Shown here: positions 48,693-62,120 of the stretch, piece after piece | Layout of the letters: each line of letters begins with the position of its first letter | Position numbering within the stretch: the stretch's first letter is position 1 | NCBI RefSeq assembly: GCF_022539665.2 | Contig: NC_081333.1 | Location: forward strand, 4,526,001 to 4,590,000 | DNA: 64,000 bases | Reading direction: 5' to 3' | From: Daphnia carinata | Taxonomy: Eukaryota | The notes under the pieces: generated by a model | The model's database searches: none | What the model saw: only the letters and a program-made list of their open reading frames with translations | Told to the model about the DNA's origin: nothing | Translations under genes and position numbers: made by a program

Positions 48693-51478
48693 CGAACTAG
48701 TTGCTTCAAGTTTCACTAGGGGAATAACGTTACCGGTTCCGGGCACACCTGGATTTATACACATTGCGTGATACAGCGAAAAAAAAAAAAAAAATGAGAA
48801 AGAAAACGAAGACCTTGATTCCTTCGGCGTGGAACAGCCAGTTGTCAAGGTTGAAATGCCGCGCTTGTTTTTTTTTTTTTTTGGAAAACCAGGTTTTTAC
48901 CCTAGGAATATTTATTGATAAATTAACAAATGGAAATGGTTATTGTATATTACGTGTACCAGGACACGAACAGTTCCAGGTATATTGGATTCAGTTTTCG
49001 CTATTGGCACATTTCGACATCACGTTCAAATCATTTTCAGAATTATACAGAAGAGACCAATGAATGTTTTTGGAGACTTTCTGGGAAGTTAGGCATATCC
49101 TTGGATGACGTCACACTGTTTTTCATCAATATCTTGATGGACGGAATATCACTATTAGAAATGAGATATCGCGCCGCAGTGTTCTTATGTTAGGAATGCG
49201 TTATTCAATCGTGAACATTGGCCTTTTTTATCGCAGTTGTTTATCCATACAAAGATGAGCATGCCTGATTCGTTACACATCATCACACCGTAATCACGGT
49301 GAAGGATTAGTTTTAATCTACCTCGTCCCTCCATCATCCCACGCGTATGAATGGTGTATTCATAATCAAAAATGGTGTTGCGACACAGACAGGAAGTGAA
49401 AGGAAAACTAGATTCCGCTGGCCTTGGCCGGGGGGCCTAACGACTTTTGCGGTATAACGGTAGCATCGGTCGTTAGAGACATGTCGGCCGGGTTACTCAC
49501 ACAAGGATACATTTTCTGATATTAGACTAACTGGGCGACATGAACTGCCTCGTCAGGATACCGTGAAAGGTTGCACACCCCAAAAAAGAAGGCGTGGACA
49601 AAGGTGAGTGAGGCTGCACATCGTTCGTTTGAAAATAGGTCGTATTAACACGAGATACATTTTTTTTTTCAGAACTAAAAACCCACATTTATTTTTGTCC
49701 TATTGCCCTGCATAGTCTATTGCCAACAGGGGACACAATGCATTTCATTTAAAATGAAGGCTATCGGTTGAAGCCTTTTGGTTTATGCTTTGAACAATAA
49801 CAACAGCAATGGTAGAATTGCAGTCGTAAATATAGTTTTGAACAATCCGAATGATGACGTGTTACAAAAATTGAAACAAAAGGGTGGACCGCCCTTGCCA
49901 GAGCCTATCAATTCATCTCCTGCTTTTATGAAAGCCAAGTATTGCAAATCGTGATGGTGCGTTGGAGGCCACACTTCACAGGTTGGTGGGGTTTGAAATC
50001 GACACGACTGTCACGGACGGAAATAAAAACACGGAAACGACGGATATGTATCTATATCAGAGAAACAGATCTATGAATAAAGGGAACGCAAAAAAAGTTG
50101 AAATTCCGACACGGTTCTTAAAGTACTGTTACAATCGTATTCCAATTAAATTATTTTCCCAATTTGTTCATTATGTGCACATAAAAGAAAATATTTATTG
50201 AATATTTGACGCTGTTTATTTTCTTTATTTTCTGATTTTGGTTTTGGTTTTGCATCCCGGATTTGTGCTGCGCTTGCGCAAAACGTTTTACACGCATGCA
50301 CTTCGAAAAACAAAGGAAATTTGGCAAACTACATAAAAAATCTCAGTAGGCGTTTTTCCTTGACGTAACAATAAAAGGCAAAATTGTTGTGGGCAGTGTC
50401 GACAACCAAACCTAAAAAAAGAAACAAACTAACCCTCAGTCGGAACTTTAAAAAAAAATCATGTGTAATACGAGGACGTCAAATGTGCGCAGTGGGGATC
50501 TAGAGGACAAAACGTGCTCTGCGGTATGTCAGGCCCTTATTTAATAAATTATGAAACAATAAGTCTAAGTGTATACAGTGCTGTTATATGAATCGGGAGG
50601 GGACAACAGGCGCCGTTCAAGGCGTCCCAAGATTTTAGAGGTCATTAGAACGGGGCATTATTCCACGATGAAAGGAAAGGTGCGCTGTAGGTTAGGGCGT
50701 TTTTCGGCAGCTCCACCTGAACATGGCTTAAAGGCTTGATGACCTTCAAAACGATATTGTTCGTTTATCCGTGCATTTAGTGAACTAACGACGAACAATA
50801 TCACTCGTCCACTTTGTCATTTCAACTGAATCAAGGAAAACGTTTTGTACGAAAATCGGCTAGAAAATAAGATTCGATAGTCAAGGGCCATGTAACTTAA
50901 TGTTAAATTAATGGAGTAGACGCACTATCTTGAAATACTATGGACTTTTCTCTTAGCCATTAAGTTAGTACTTCTTTCAAAAACTTTTTTGTTGTTCCGC
51001 ACGAATTCATTGGATATAGAGCGATGGAGGAAGGTAACGTTATTGGGAGATGTGGACGCCAAAATAGATAAGAAGATTTTTACGACATCGTGATTTAATT
51101 AAGATATGTATCGTTTTCAGGCGTCTTTTTTTTTATGCAATAACCTAGTATCAACCTTACCTTATTGTGATCTAACCTTCTTTTAACTTGTAGTTCTGTT
51201 GTACGAATTTGTTTTACAATAAAACTAAGATGAATGCGAAAACCAAATACATTTCGTGCGAGTGAGAAAGGTGATGATACAACCCAAATATATTGGATCT
51301 TACGTTATACCGAAAGCACAGGGATAGGATCTGGCCCGTCCCGGGCCTGGATCGTGGCTGATTGAGAAACGAGGAGTGTTTCTGGGTCAAGGTTGGAAAC
51401 GAGAGAAAGATAGAAGTAAGAATAAAAATCAAAACTATCAAAGCGATTATTTGCATGCTATATCTGTGCAAATGTTAT

Positions 51479-52858
51479 CCTGTAAAAAAAAAAAGATATA
51501 ATTCGCGGTTCGTCGCCTTCGGGAACTTCCCCCTAGGCCAGGCCGTTGCTCCTTTTTGGTCCGTAGACCGAGGCGGAAGTTAGTTCCTCAAATTAAATCA
51601 TAGCAATTCAAATACCATGGTCGCTTAGGCCTGTAGTTATGTCCGTTGGAGTGATATCCGCATACTCGACCCGATACTATCACGACGGGCCACTACGTAC
51701 AATCCGTCTGCTCGTGGAGCGGCTCTTACCATCCGTTGGACTTCTGGTTTACTTACCTTTGGTAAAAAGCCGATTGAATCAAGACGATACGTATGTGCAC
51801 TGGGATCAGTGTTAACCTATTAGCATTGGCCAGGTGATTTATTAGGCCGATGTCGCATGTAGCCTACACTCATCTCGTCAGTCCATGCAAACGCCGCTGG
51901 CCAAGATGCAGGTCTGAAATGTTCAAAGAATTAGTTGCGTTGGAGAATGATAGACGTACATGCTCGTCCTGATATTATCAAGACCGGCCACCGTAGCTCA
52001 TACCCGTTGAACGACAATTACCTTCAACTTACCAATTGCTTATTTTTTTTCTTTGGTAACAGCCGGTTGGGTATGAGTGATACTAGTGTGCACTGGGACA
52101 GTGTTTAACCTTTCTACTTTTTTATTACCATGTAGACTTCGGTAATATCGCATGCACGTTATCACTCCCATCATCCCCCTGCAAAATAAACATTTGGGAT
52201 AAAATACTACTATGAATAACTTACCTTATTATTCCTTTACTTCAATCCAGCGGAGCTTTCTTCAGCGTTCGCACTTTCCTTTCTTCGTAGAAGTAGGCTC
52301 GCTACACCTACTTCTACATTAAAGGAAAGTGCGTCACGAAATTGCGATAATGTTTTGGAGTCATGCGGTTCTGCATTTGGCACTAGTCAACTCCTATTAT
52401 GGGATTTTAGCCCTCAGTTTGTGCGTAAAGATAGAAAACTTACGATTTCCACCGCCAGGTGAATTCACGGTTGGTTGTGTTACGTTCCTACACCACCAGG
52501 TGAATCGTACAGTTAGTTGTGTCAAAGGTTGATTGTGTTGTTACATATTGTCATAAGTCATACTGTATCATAAGTCCAACGGATGGTAAAAGCCGCTCCC
52601 CGAGCAGACGGATTGTACGTAGTGGCCCATCGTGATAGTATCGGGTCGAGCATGTGGATGTCACTCCAACGGACATAACAACAGGCCTAAGCGACCATGG
52701 TATTTGATTTGCTATGATTTAATTTGAGGAACTAACTTCCGCCTCGGTCTACGGACCAAAAAGGAGCACGAGCATGGCCTAGGGGGAAGTTCGGGGGGGT
52801 TCCCGACGGCGCTCAACCGTGAATTACCTCTTTTTTTTTTTTTTTTTTTTTTTACAGG
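51479..52858. mobile_element. Non-autonomous DNA transposon / MITE with ~270-bp terminal inverted repeats
   Basis: 51479-51743 is a highly similar inverted copy of 52572-52858; termini CCTGTAAAA...TTTACAGG flanked by AT on both sides (possible 2-bp TSD); no transposase ORF. Confidence 0.85.
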
Positions 52859-53513
52859 ATCATATGAAGAGATGCGAAATCAAATAGGACTCAAGTGACG
52901 ATATTTTTTTCGTTATTCACGAAGAGACGAACGCCTTGAATAGGCGCAAGTACCGCTTGTACCCCACCGTCCTAAGTCGGATTCGATTTTTTTTTAAGCG
53001 ATATCATAAGTATTTACGCTTTTATCCTATCCACAATATCGACATGGCTTTTTCATCACTCGCTGTTCTGGTGAAAAAGGTTCAATATAACAAGAAAAGT
53101 TATCGGAAAAGTTATCGGCTGATAACACGTCTAGCTAAAGGCAGCTGATCAAATACAAATGAGAATTTTATATCGAATTAATACCGGTTTAAAAAGCGAA
53201 TACCAGAATGCAGTGCCGACCTGATGTTTGCTCCGAATCCGCGCTAATGCGCTTTATGTCGTTGACGAAGCAAATCTTCTCTCCTTGTTGTCGACTGGAA
53301 TAACGTAAGGACTGTGGAGCTTTATAAAATTCCTTGTCAGCAAACTAGTTGGCAAAACATATGATTTCTTCAACCTTTTTTTTTTTTACTTTTTATACGA
53401 TAACACAAATCGAGAAAAATAAAGGACTTCTTGTTAAGTTCTGTAACATGTTAAGTATGCTACATAACACAGTACATTTATCCAGCACAGTTTGTGGCAC
53501 ATGGTTCTTCAAA

Positions 53514-54860
53514 TTAAGCACCAAAAGAACTAGGAAATAATGGATATACATAAGTAAAAAACACCAAAGCAATAGCAAATGCAACTTCAATCGGAACTCG
53601 CTTAACAAAATTAGCAACCATTAGATATTGAGGACGAATTTTACTAAGGCCGTCCATCCATCTAGATTCCGGGACATTTTTCGTGTTGCGAACCAGTATC
53701 TTGTGGTACTTTTTTACTTCGGGCAAACAGTATTCTTTACTTCCTGTTCGAGTGGCAAGAAGGACTGGATTCATGTCATGACCATCATTCTGGAAAATGT
53801 TTCCTCCTTTTTCTACCAAAAGCTTCAATACATTCAACGATTTGCAACGTTTATCACAAACGACATAAAAATCCGGTGTATGACCGGCTGTCACCGGCAT
53901 TAGGATTTCCGCCTTTCTCAAGCAGCAGCGAGATCTTCTGTGCCCTAATTGCGTTATTTTCATTGTGTATGGCCCAATGCGGGGGATCCTTCGAAGGATG
54001 TCAACAGCATTTGGGTTTCCTACATGTTTGAGTAAAATTTTCACGAGAATGGGCCCGTGAATTCCCGGCGACCAAATGCATTGGCGTCACCTCGTCTTTT
54101 CCACTTGTATTCGCATCTCCGTTGTTTTCGAGGAGGATCGTCATCTGTTCGACTGCCTTTTCTCCGGGGCTATCAGTCACGTAACGTACAGATGTGAATC
54201 TTTTTTCTCTATCGGGGAGATTAGGATTACCCCCTTTTTCAAGCAGCATCTGTAAGATGGTTTGCCGAGTTTGGGAGTGGTTTAGGACAGCAACGTGAAG
54301 AGGTGAGCGTCCCTCTTTGTCTCTTATATTAGGATTTCCTCCATGGTCGAGGATCGATTGAACAATATCAAGTCGAGATCTCGCCATTGCTGACATGTAC
54401 AAAGCGATGAAGTAACGTTTCTCTAGAGCTGTTAAGGCGAACATTAGCGCCGCTTTCTTCATTGACGGCAACTAATTCTCTCATTTTGTCTCCGCAAATT
54501 CCCAAGTTGATCATCGCACAATTGACAGGAGTGAACCCATTGTTTCCTCTGATTTGAACATCTCCGTTGCTCAGTAAGAGTTTCAAAAATTTCATATGCA
54601 TGTTCTTTTTCGTTATCGGCTGCATAATGAACTGGGGTGTTACCAAATGCGTCAATGGCATTAGGACCGCCATCATTTTCTAGCAGGATCTTAGTTATGA
54701 CAAATGTTTTCGAGGTTGGTTTTAGAGCAGCAAAGTGAAGGGGGTTTCAATCGGTTGCTATCACCTGTTAGGTTTTACTCCAGTTTTAAGCACTGCTTCC
54801 ATTATTTTTGACCCGTGGACCCCTTCGTTGAACATCGCGAAATGAGCTAGCGTCGGTATT
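53514..54860 (-). pseudogene. Ankyrin-repeat protein pseudogene (multiple frameshifts and stops)
   Basis: Ankyrin consensus pieces in shifting frames: GNTPVHYAA, GFTPVNCAM, LDHGGNPNIRDKEGRSPLHVAV, LLEKGGNPNLPD, TPMHLVA, LLVEKGGNIFQND; broken into three overlapping ORFs plus a stop-ridden upstream part. Confidence 0.8.
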
Positions 54861-54923
54861 AAAAATTCTAGTCCAAGGATGATTAGTGTATATCCACTTT
54901 GTCAAAACAAAAATTCTAATGTT

Positions 54924-55661
54924 TTATAAATTTCTTCTTTTATGAGACGAAAGTATATTTAGGTATTTTCCTCTTGTCATTTCTTTGGCTTCTTCAAGAC
55001 CGAGCTGGTATGCCAAGTTTTGTAGCTGTTTAACTTCAACTATTAATTCCTGAGCTGTCAACTTGGAATAACCTACAAATTGGATAAAGGATTAGATTTC
55101 TCAATTTGTTCAACTGCAGAAAAACTACAGTTAATAGCATGTTTTGAGCTTAATTAATGCAAATAACGAATAAATCTAAGGAATTTCAGAAATTAAATCT
55201 AGTGAAATGTAGAATGACATGCAAATAAAATGCAAGTAAAAACTAGCATTAGAATTCTTTCAGAAAAAATTCTATGTCACAATAAAGCCTCTTAAAAAAA
55301 TGAATGGTTCATACGTCCAATGAGGGTGTAGTCATGTTTATCCAATTCCTGTGGAATTATGGATTGGGGTAACGATGGTACTTCGGGCGACCTCGTAGGT
55401 TCAATAACAGAATACTCTATTCCTGGATCTGTTAAAATTTTGTTTAATATCAAACTAAAACTTTAAACTCTTACTGTTTAATTCTTTTACAATTGCGTTC
55501 AGGCCAAATATCAGGAGATGCACGATCTAGTTTTTCTGTGCTGAGTAGACTTTGTTCCAAATCTGAATTAACATAAAGATAAAATTTTGTTGTAGTTTAT
55601 CACGAAATATATATCTTGCTATACCTGATGACGTCTCGGCTTTCATTTTTGTTTTTGACAT
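54924..55661 (-). CDS. lin52: LIN-52, DREAM/MuvB core subunit (~123 aa); exons 55625-55661, 55491-55562, 55315-55428, 54924-55072
   Basis: Spliced translation MSKTKMKAETSSDLEQSLLSTEKLDRASPDIWPERNYPGIE...YSKLTAQELIVEVKQLQNLAYQLGLEEAKEMTRGKYLNILSSHKRRNL matches the LIN52 signatures I recall (LLSxEKLDRASPDLWPE; LQNLAYQLGLxExxEMTRGKxLNIL); three phase-1 GT-AG introns keep the frame. Confidence 0.93.
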
Positions 55662-58600
55662 TTCACATTAAACTACTAACGAGGCTTTCTTTTGGTCTTT
55701 TATCTGTTTCAATACAAAACAAAGTTTATGTTTGCATACAAACAAAAGACCAAACCCGCTAAACGGTACCCGGCGGTCCTTTATACTCGGCGTTGCCAGT
55801 GCATTTAATACTTTTACATTTTTTTTTGTTGTTTTTTTTTTGCACCGTAATCAGACCTCTATTATGTAAACAATTTGATTGCAAAGATCATTTTCTTCTT
55901 TAGAAAGCATTTGGCCTTTTAAAAAGAAACGTCGTTATTTTACTGGTTTATTTTACTTCGGCTCAAAATTTGCATTAACGAGTCGACGCGTTCTGTTTCG
56001 CATGACGCAAGATAACTTCACCAACATCTAAAGAGTGATTTGTATTCAAAGCACAAAAATAGGGAATTTTCCATAAAATTAGGCCGTGAATTGATTTTAC
56101 AGTAAATGTAAATTTTGCCCAGTTGGCTTTATAAGCAGACCTGCGTCTTTACATAAGGCTACCTAACACGCAATATTTGCGCGGCAAAAACAAAAAACAA
56201 AAAAGCCCATGTACTGAACGAACGAAAAACCTCATTGTCGCGTCCTCAACTCACGAAACTCACTTCACGCAGACTATATCGCAATCGAAATCATCTGATG
56301 CTTAAACCTATATCACTGGTGTGTGACTTCATTGTCACCGATGATGTTTAGAATTTCCTAGAATGAAGATTGTCAAATTTTAGCATTTATTTACAAAAGA
56401 CTAGGCTACGTTTGCCTTATCGTTGTTCTTTTTGTTAAGCAATGGACTTTAATCATCAAAACGTTGTTTGATCCATTTGAAAATGAAGGAGTGGAAATAA
56501 AAAAGTTAGGGAAGGAAAAAAAAAGGGGGAAGAAAGATAACAATTGACGTCAGCGGTACCCTACTCTTCCGGATCATAGTGAACAGGAAACGAGTCCGGA
56601 AGGTGACGTTAGCCTTCGACCCTATTGTTCGTGTGGCATGAAAAGATGGGGTACCAGCTCAAATTTTAAAAGAGGCGCGTGTTCGACCACTCGCCACGGA
56701 AATGGGAAGCATATAATGCCGCGGTTTCCCTTTTTTTTCGATGCATTTTGCCACCATACTTTATACAGTAGCCTATTTTCTGTAAGTCTATATAAAGTAC
56801 GCTGCTATAATTTTTCACCGTTCACCAAGCCCATTTTGACTTTTTCTTTATGAGCTTGTCTGGTTGGTCACAATTTCGTGCATCATAATCAATGACATCA
56901 AGTTTATTATCTGTCAACATTACATTATTTTCCATTCCATTTCTTCAATAACGTCAAACCAAGACGATACAGCGGACGCGGGCGTTGGGAAGACACAGCC
57001 CATTTACAACATGTCGAATGATTATGGTAAAATCGGAATATTTTAAAATTGAACTTGTATTGATTATAAATTTTTTAGAATGTGTATCCACCGTCGTTAC
57101 AATTATAATATCTTACGCGTCTTGTATGTAGTCTCCGTCATTCCTGATTTATGTCAGCTAAATATCTTGCGTAAGAATTCAGACGATAGTAATCACATTT
57201 TAAATATTAATAGTTACAAGAATGATGGTCACACCCACCGTGAATGTCTGTTGCGCAGTTGACGAATGAGGTCGTGTTAAATCTATTGAATGCGGTGAAT
57301 AAAGTGCAAACGGGTCAATAGGAAGATCAAACGAACCGTTCCATTTTGCTGTCTATTTAACATGTGTTCCATTACATGTGGCTTTGAAAAGGCTATAGAA
57401 AAGAGAATGGCCTTTGTCGGCCAGTCACTTTTTCGTGGTATCGTTGACTTTCACACAACGCCATTCTACATCTGTTTATACATAGATATGGCTATAAAAG
57501 AACTATTCGACACGGGCTAAGGAAATCAAAGCTAAATTCCAATGACACGCTTGTCGGACATCCCAACAGATGCGTCTACATGCAAGTTACGTGGTTACAC
57601 TAAAGAAGAAAGAATCGATTGTGCAGTTGTAAGGCGTCCCCCAACCATAGATTTGGATCACATGGTCACATTTTTTTTTTTCTTCTTCCTTTTCATACGT
57701 CATTGTAGCTTTTGTTGGCGAAACCTTGAAAAGACGAGCCCATTTCAGATATATAGAAAGAAATAATGGTTTTCGTCACAAACTGTTACCTTATTTTTGG
57801 CCTTAACACGGAAACCGGAAGTCGCTACACAATTATAGGCTAAACACCGCTTTTTATAAACTTTTTTGCAGAAAACGCAAGCCCAATTTTTTTTTTCCGG
57901 GCCTATCCCATTGACAAAAAAGGCGGAAAGCCGATTCTTTTGTGGCAAGTCAAAGGCGGCCTGAAAGCGTAATAAATTTGTAGTCAGCATTAACAGATAC
58001 TGACAATACAGCCTTGACTTATTTGCTCGTCTCTTCAATATCTTGATGTATGGTTTTGTCGAACACCCGGTGAGTCGCAAATCCGAATAGAATTTTGCAT
58101 TATGTTATTTTTTTCTGTCTTTCATAATGGGCAATCGCTACGCTTTATATAACACCAAATAGATCGTGATGGTTGTGACGAACATGCGAATAATTTTTTG
58201 ATGTTGTACAGATTCATGTTCATATTGTTGCACAGGAAGCTGATGTTCTTATTTATTCACGGGTTTCTCACGATTATTGTATTTCAGAAAGCCAATAAGA
58301 ACGAGTTATCTCTAGCAATAGGCGTTCTGATGTTAATATAAATTACAATAGCAACCCATATTTTCAAATCTATTCAAAGCTAAATGAAAAAATCATCTAA
58401 TGTTTCTTTAAGGCGTAGAATTGCAGACTTAGAACTGAAGCCACAGTTTCTCGTTTTTATAGTTCTTATTACACGTTGTCGAATGATTAGGGGCGAAAAT
58501 TAGAATCATCACATGCCCAGGTAAGGCAATCGATAAGCTTTGGCGGTTGTGCTACCAGCAGAAGGAGATAAATGGTAATTGATTTTAGGCCTGAAAGCGA

Positions 58601-61600
58601 CTGTATGTGCAGTAATATACAGTACCTTGCGAAAACGTAAACATCTAAAAAAAAAAAACAAAGAATGCTCTTTCAACGTGAAACAGCTAGCCAGTCAATG
58701 ACGATTTAATCAGGAAAAATCAATTAGGCCTACCAGTCATCATATTCCATTTACGTGTTTTTCACAAAAGGTTGTGAATTGCCATTTTATGATATTTACT
58801 ATCAGTTAAAACTTGTTTGCATGCATGGATTCTTTCCACGTAGCAGGAAACATTGGGGCAGTTGAGTGACGCGCAGGTCGGCTATGCGGGATCAAATGGG
58901 GGCAGCTCGCCTTTGAATTTCTTCTCAGAATCTTATTGGCTTTATTGCGTAAAGTACAGAAGAAATAAAAATCATGTTAGCTACACGACATTGGAAACAA
59001 AAAGGCCCAACAAAAGAAAGGAAATGACTTTTTCTTTGCAAATGTCACTCGTCTAAAATTGTTTTTTTAAATAAGAGAAAGATATAATATGCAAAGGAAC
59101 ATACAATAAACTGAAGTGGGATTAAAAAAAGTCCAAAGTGGTTTTTTTCACCGCCATTTATTTACTTGTTTTTATTCATTTATTTATTTATTATTCCATT
59201 TCTTTTTTTGAAGGGAATGTCAACTTTGAAAGGCAACTTCTATATTCTGTGTTCAACTGACTTTTTCTTTCAGATTTTACAAAGATATGCGTCGCATCTT
59301 CGGGACGAGATTAAAGCCAGGTACAATAAGAAACTTGTTCTGATCCGCCATGTCCCAATTCGGATGTCATGAAGGTAGAACGTGATGTCCCATTTCTCAT
59401 AAAAAATAATTTTTCGTCATTTTATTCCCATAAAAGATTAATACGTGTTGATCAATCTTTAAGTTAAATATAATTTCGATCACAAATAATTTCCGTTTGC
59501 TACACAAAAAGCCGGTTAGTTTTCAGCATTCAGATATTTAAATGGTGATAAAATAATCCTGGTGTATTCGAGAGAGCCAATGATATTCTTAATACAATAG
59601 TGGATGCCTACTTTACGTAACACCCTATAATGAACAGCCCCCCCCCCAACAAACAAATGCAAGGTGTGGTTTGTACTCGTCTTTCTTACCCCAATACTCG
59701 CGAAAAGACTTCAAACATTAAGCAATCGTACAACGTCAGCAAGTTCAGTTTTCATTTGAATAGTTGAGAAAATGGAGCGAAAAGTAACAGCGTTGCGTAT
59801 ACCATGAGTTTTACGTCAGTCAGTTAATGTCGGCGGCTGTCACCACGAAGACGTGGGAGTTACATATCCTGATGCAAATAGCACAGCGGAATAGGAGGGT
59901 AGCGGTGAACTGCGTGTTGGCTTTATTTAGTTGTCCTCTTGTTTTCTCGCGGCATTCACCAAAGACTTTGAGTATAACGAACGACAGAGACTATTACATG
60001 CGCACATTCAAAACCGTCAGGAAGTGGAGTTGGGCGAAGCAATAACCGTTCTAGCTCTTTATCGCTTTCGTGATGCCAGTCAACTGTTATCAGATGAAAT
60101 TTGCTCGTCACTTGGTCACGTGACTCACTAACTCCCCTGTTTTCCATAAGTGGAACCTGCTAACTTAACTTATCAAATCCTCTTCAGTGTAATGAACCTT
60201 TTCACTTTATGTGAATAAATGGTTTATACTTGAAATAAGCGTTTATCGTCCTATCCTTGCAAATCGGGGTTTGTTTAAAAAATATGGACAAAAACCATCA
60301 TCGTATTTGTTAGAAATAACGTTAGACACCGACCATTCATTTACGTTTCCATAAACGAAAATTACATATTGAACATTCAGTTCAATGATTTCATAGAAAC
60401 TTAAAAAAAGGTGAATTTAATTCCATTTGACTGAATCAAAGAACATTACGTGCGGACTTAAATAGAAGAAAGCTATGCGCCTATGTCGACTGCTACTTGT
60501 ATAAAACAAATCGAGCCCGCTTTCCGTACCTTTATTTAAAGATTTAGGTGAACAATTTTAAAAGCCTTGAGTGTTGAGCACGTAAACTAGTTGCTAACGA
60601 GTCACGAAATCAGCTCGCAGCGTAAAGAAGCTCACAAAACTGTGACCTATTCATACAGGGGCGATTTTCAATAGGATATCCCCCCGCTCTCTTGTGTCCC
60701 TTACGGTTGTGTTCATGCATTAATAGAAATCCCTGTTAAAGCGATCGGTAATGTTGTCAAACCACCGTGTCTAAGCCCAACAGGGTTCTTTTGATATCGT
60801 TAAAGTGATCGGATAGACGGAGGGTTACACACCCTCCCTTAAAAATAAATAAGGTTCAACACCCCATTGTTAACAGCTACAGTACGGCTCGCTATAAGCC
60901 TCGACACTATAGCCCAGTCTTTTCGCTATACAGGCAAGCGTTAGATAGCGTCTGATGAGAATTTTGACCAACAAAAGGAAAACATTCCAATAAAACCGAG
61001 CAAACGAACTGTGCTGCAGAGTAAAATAACATTCAAGAATTCGACCAGTAAGCCTATCAAGCATCACGCAGTTCTATAAAACTTACCACTCTTGTGGATA
61101 GAAGATTTCGACCTAATTTTTTCTTTTTTTTTGTTCAGGATAAAGGACCATGAAGCAAGTATCGCCACATGTCATGCTACATTCTTCTAAACGTCCAGGG
61201 CAGTTTAAGAAAAAAAAAAAAAAAATGAAACGATAAAGCTGTAACTGAAACCGAAGGGGAAAATGTTAGTAGAGTGATCTCGAATATTTCCTTAAAGTTT
61301 TCGTCACTTTGATTTGTATAAAATGAGTAACCTAAAATGCCTAGCAAACCAAGGACAGAAATCGGGTGGACTTGCGTTCAAAATTCAATTGCTGAAATAT
61401 AAGGAAAATTGTTGTCAAGCCTAAACTCGTCCAAGATTTTATTAAGTACATTAAAGGACATTGAATAAGGATTGCGAGTTAATAATTTTTTTGAAAACTG
61501 TACTACATCTTGGTATTCCTTTACGTTAAACATAATTTGCAATATAAATTAAATGCGAACGGTACGGTACATTTTATTGTAAAGACCCATGTTGGAAATG

Positions 61601-62096
61601 AAAAGTTCAAAACAAACGGTTGATACACAGGCAGACATATAGATTGAAATAAAGGCCTAATCTCTGGCAACGACAATTCAAAGTGAGAATGATTGGGCCA
61701 ATAAGAGAGACCACGAAATCCAGGAACCCCCTCCGTACGAGGGGTTTAATAGGACAGGCTGTGGATCTGGTTAGACATAAGGCGGGCTTTACTGTTGAAT
61801 ACTCGGTGCAAATGTCAGCCAAAACAGCGGGCGGCCGCGTGATTGCGATGGCATAACAGAAGCGTTTGTGTGAGGGCAGAATACGGCGCCGTCGCTTCAG
61901 CGCGTAGTAGTAAGCTATTTCAGCGTCTATAGTAGTTGGGGGTCCGAGTCATCAATCCTGCTTAGGTGAAGACAACGAGTCATCTAAAATGCACCAAGCC
62001 TCCTGCTGTTCCGGCTGCCAACGCCTATATACCATCAACTCCTACCGCTTGTATAATACTCGCCTGTAGCTTATAAACGAACTGTGCAACTCTCGT

Positions 62097-62120
62097 TCTC
62101 TCTCTCACACACACACACAC
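62097..62120. repeat. Compound (CT)n(CA)n microsatellite
   Basis: tctctctctcacacacacacacac. Confidence 0.7.

Noticed and set aside
56864..60131. Short exon-like segments and ORFs (56864-57130, 59274-59320, 59827-60131)
   Set aside because: Some splice-like signals, but no coherent gene model or recognisable protein.
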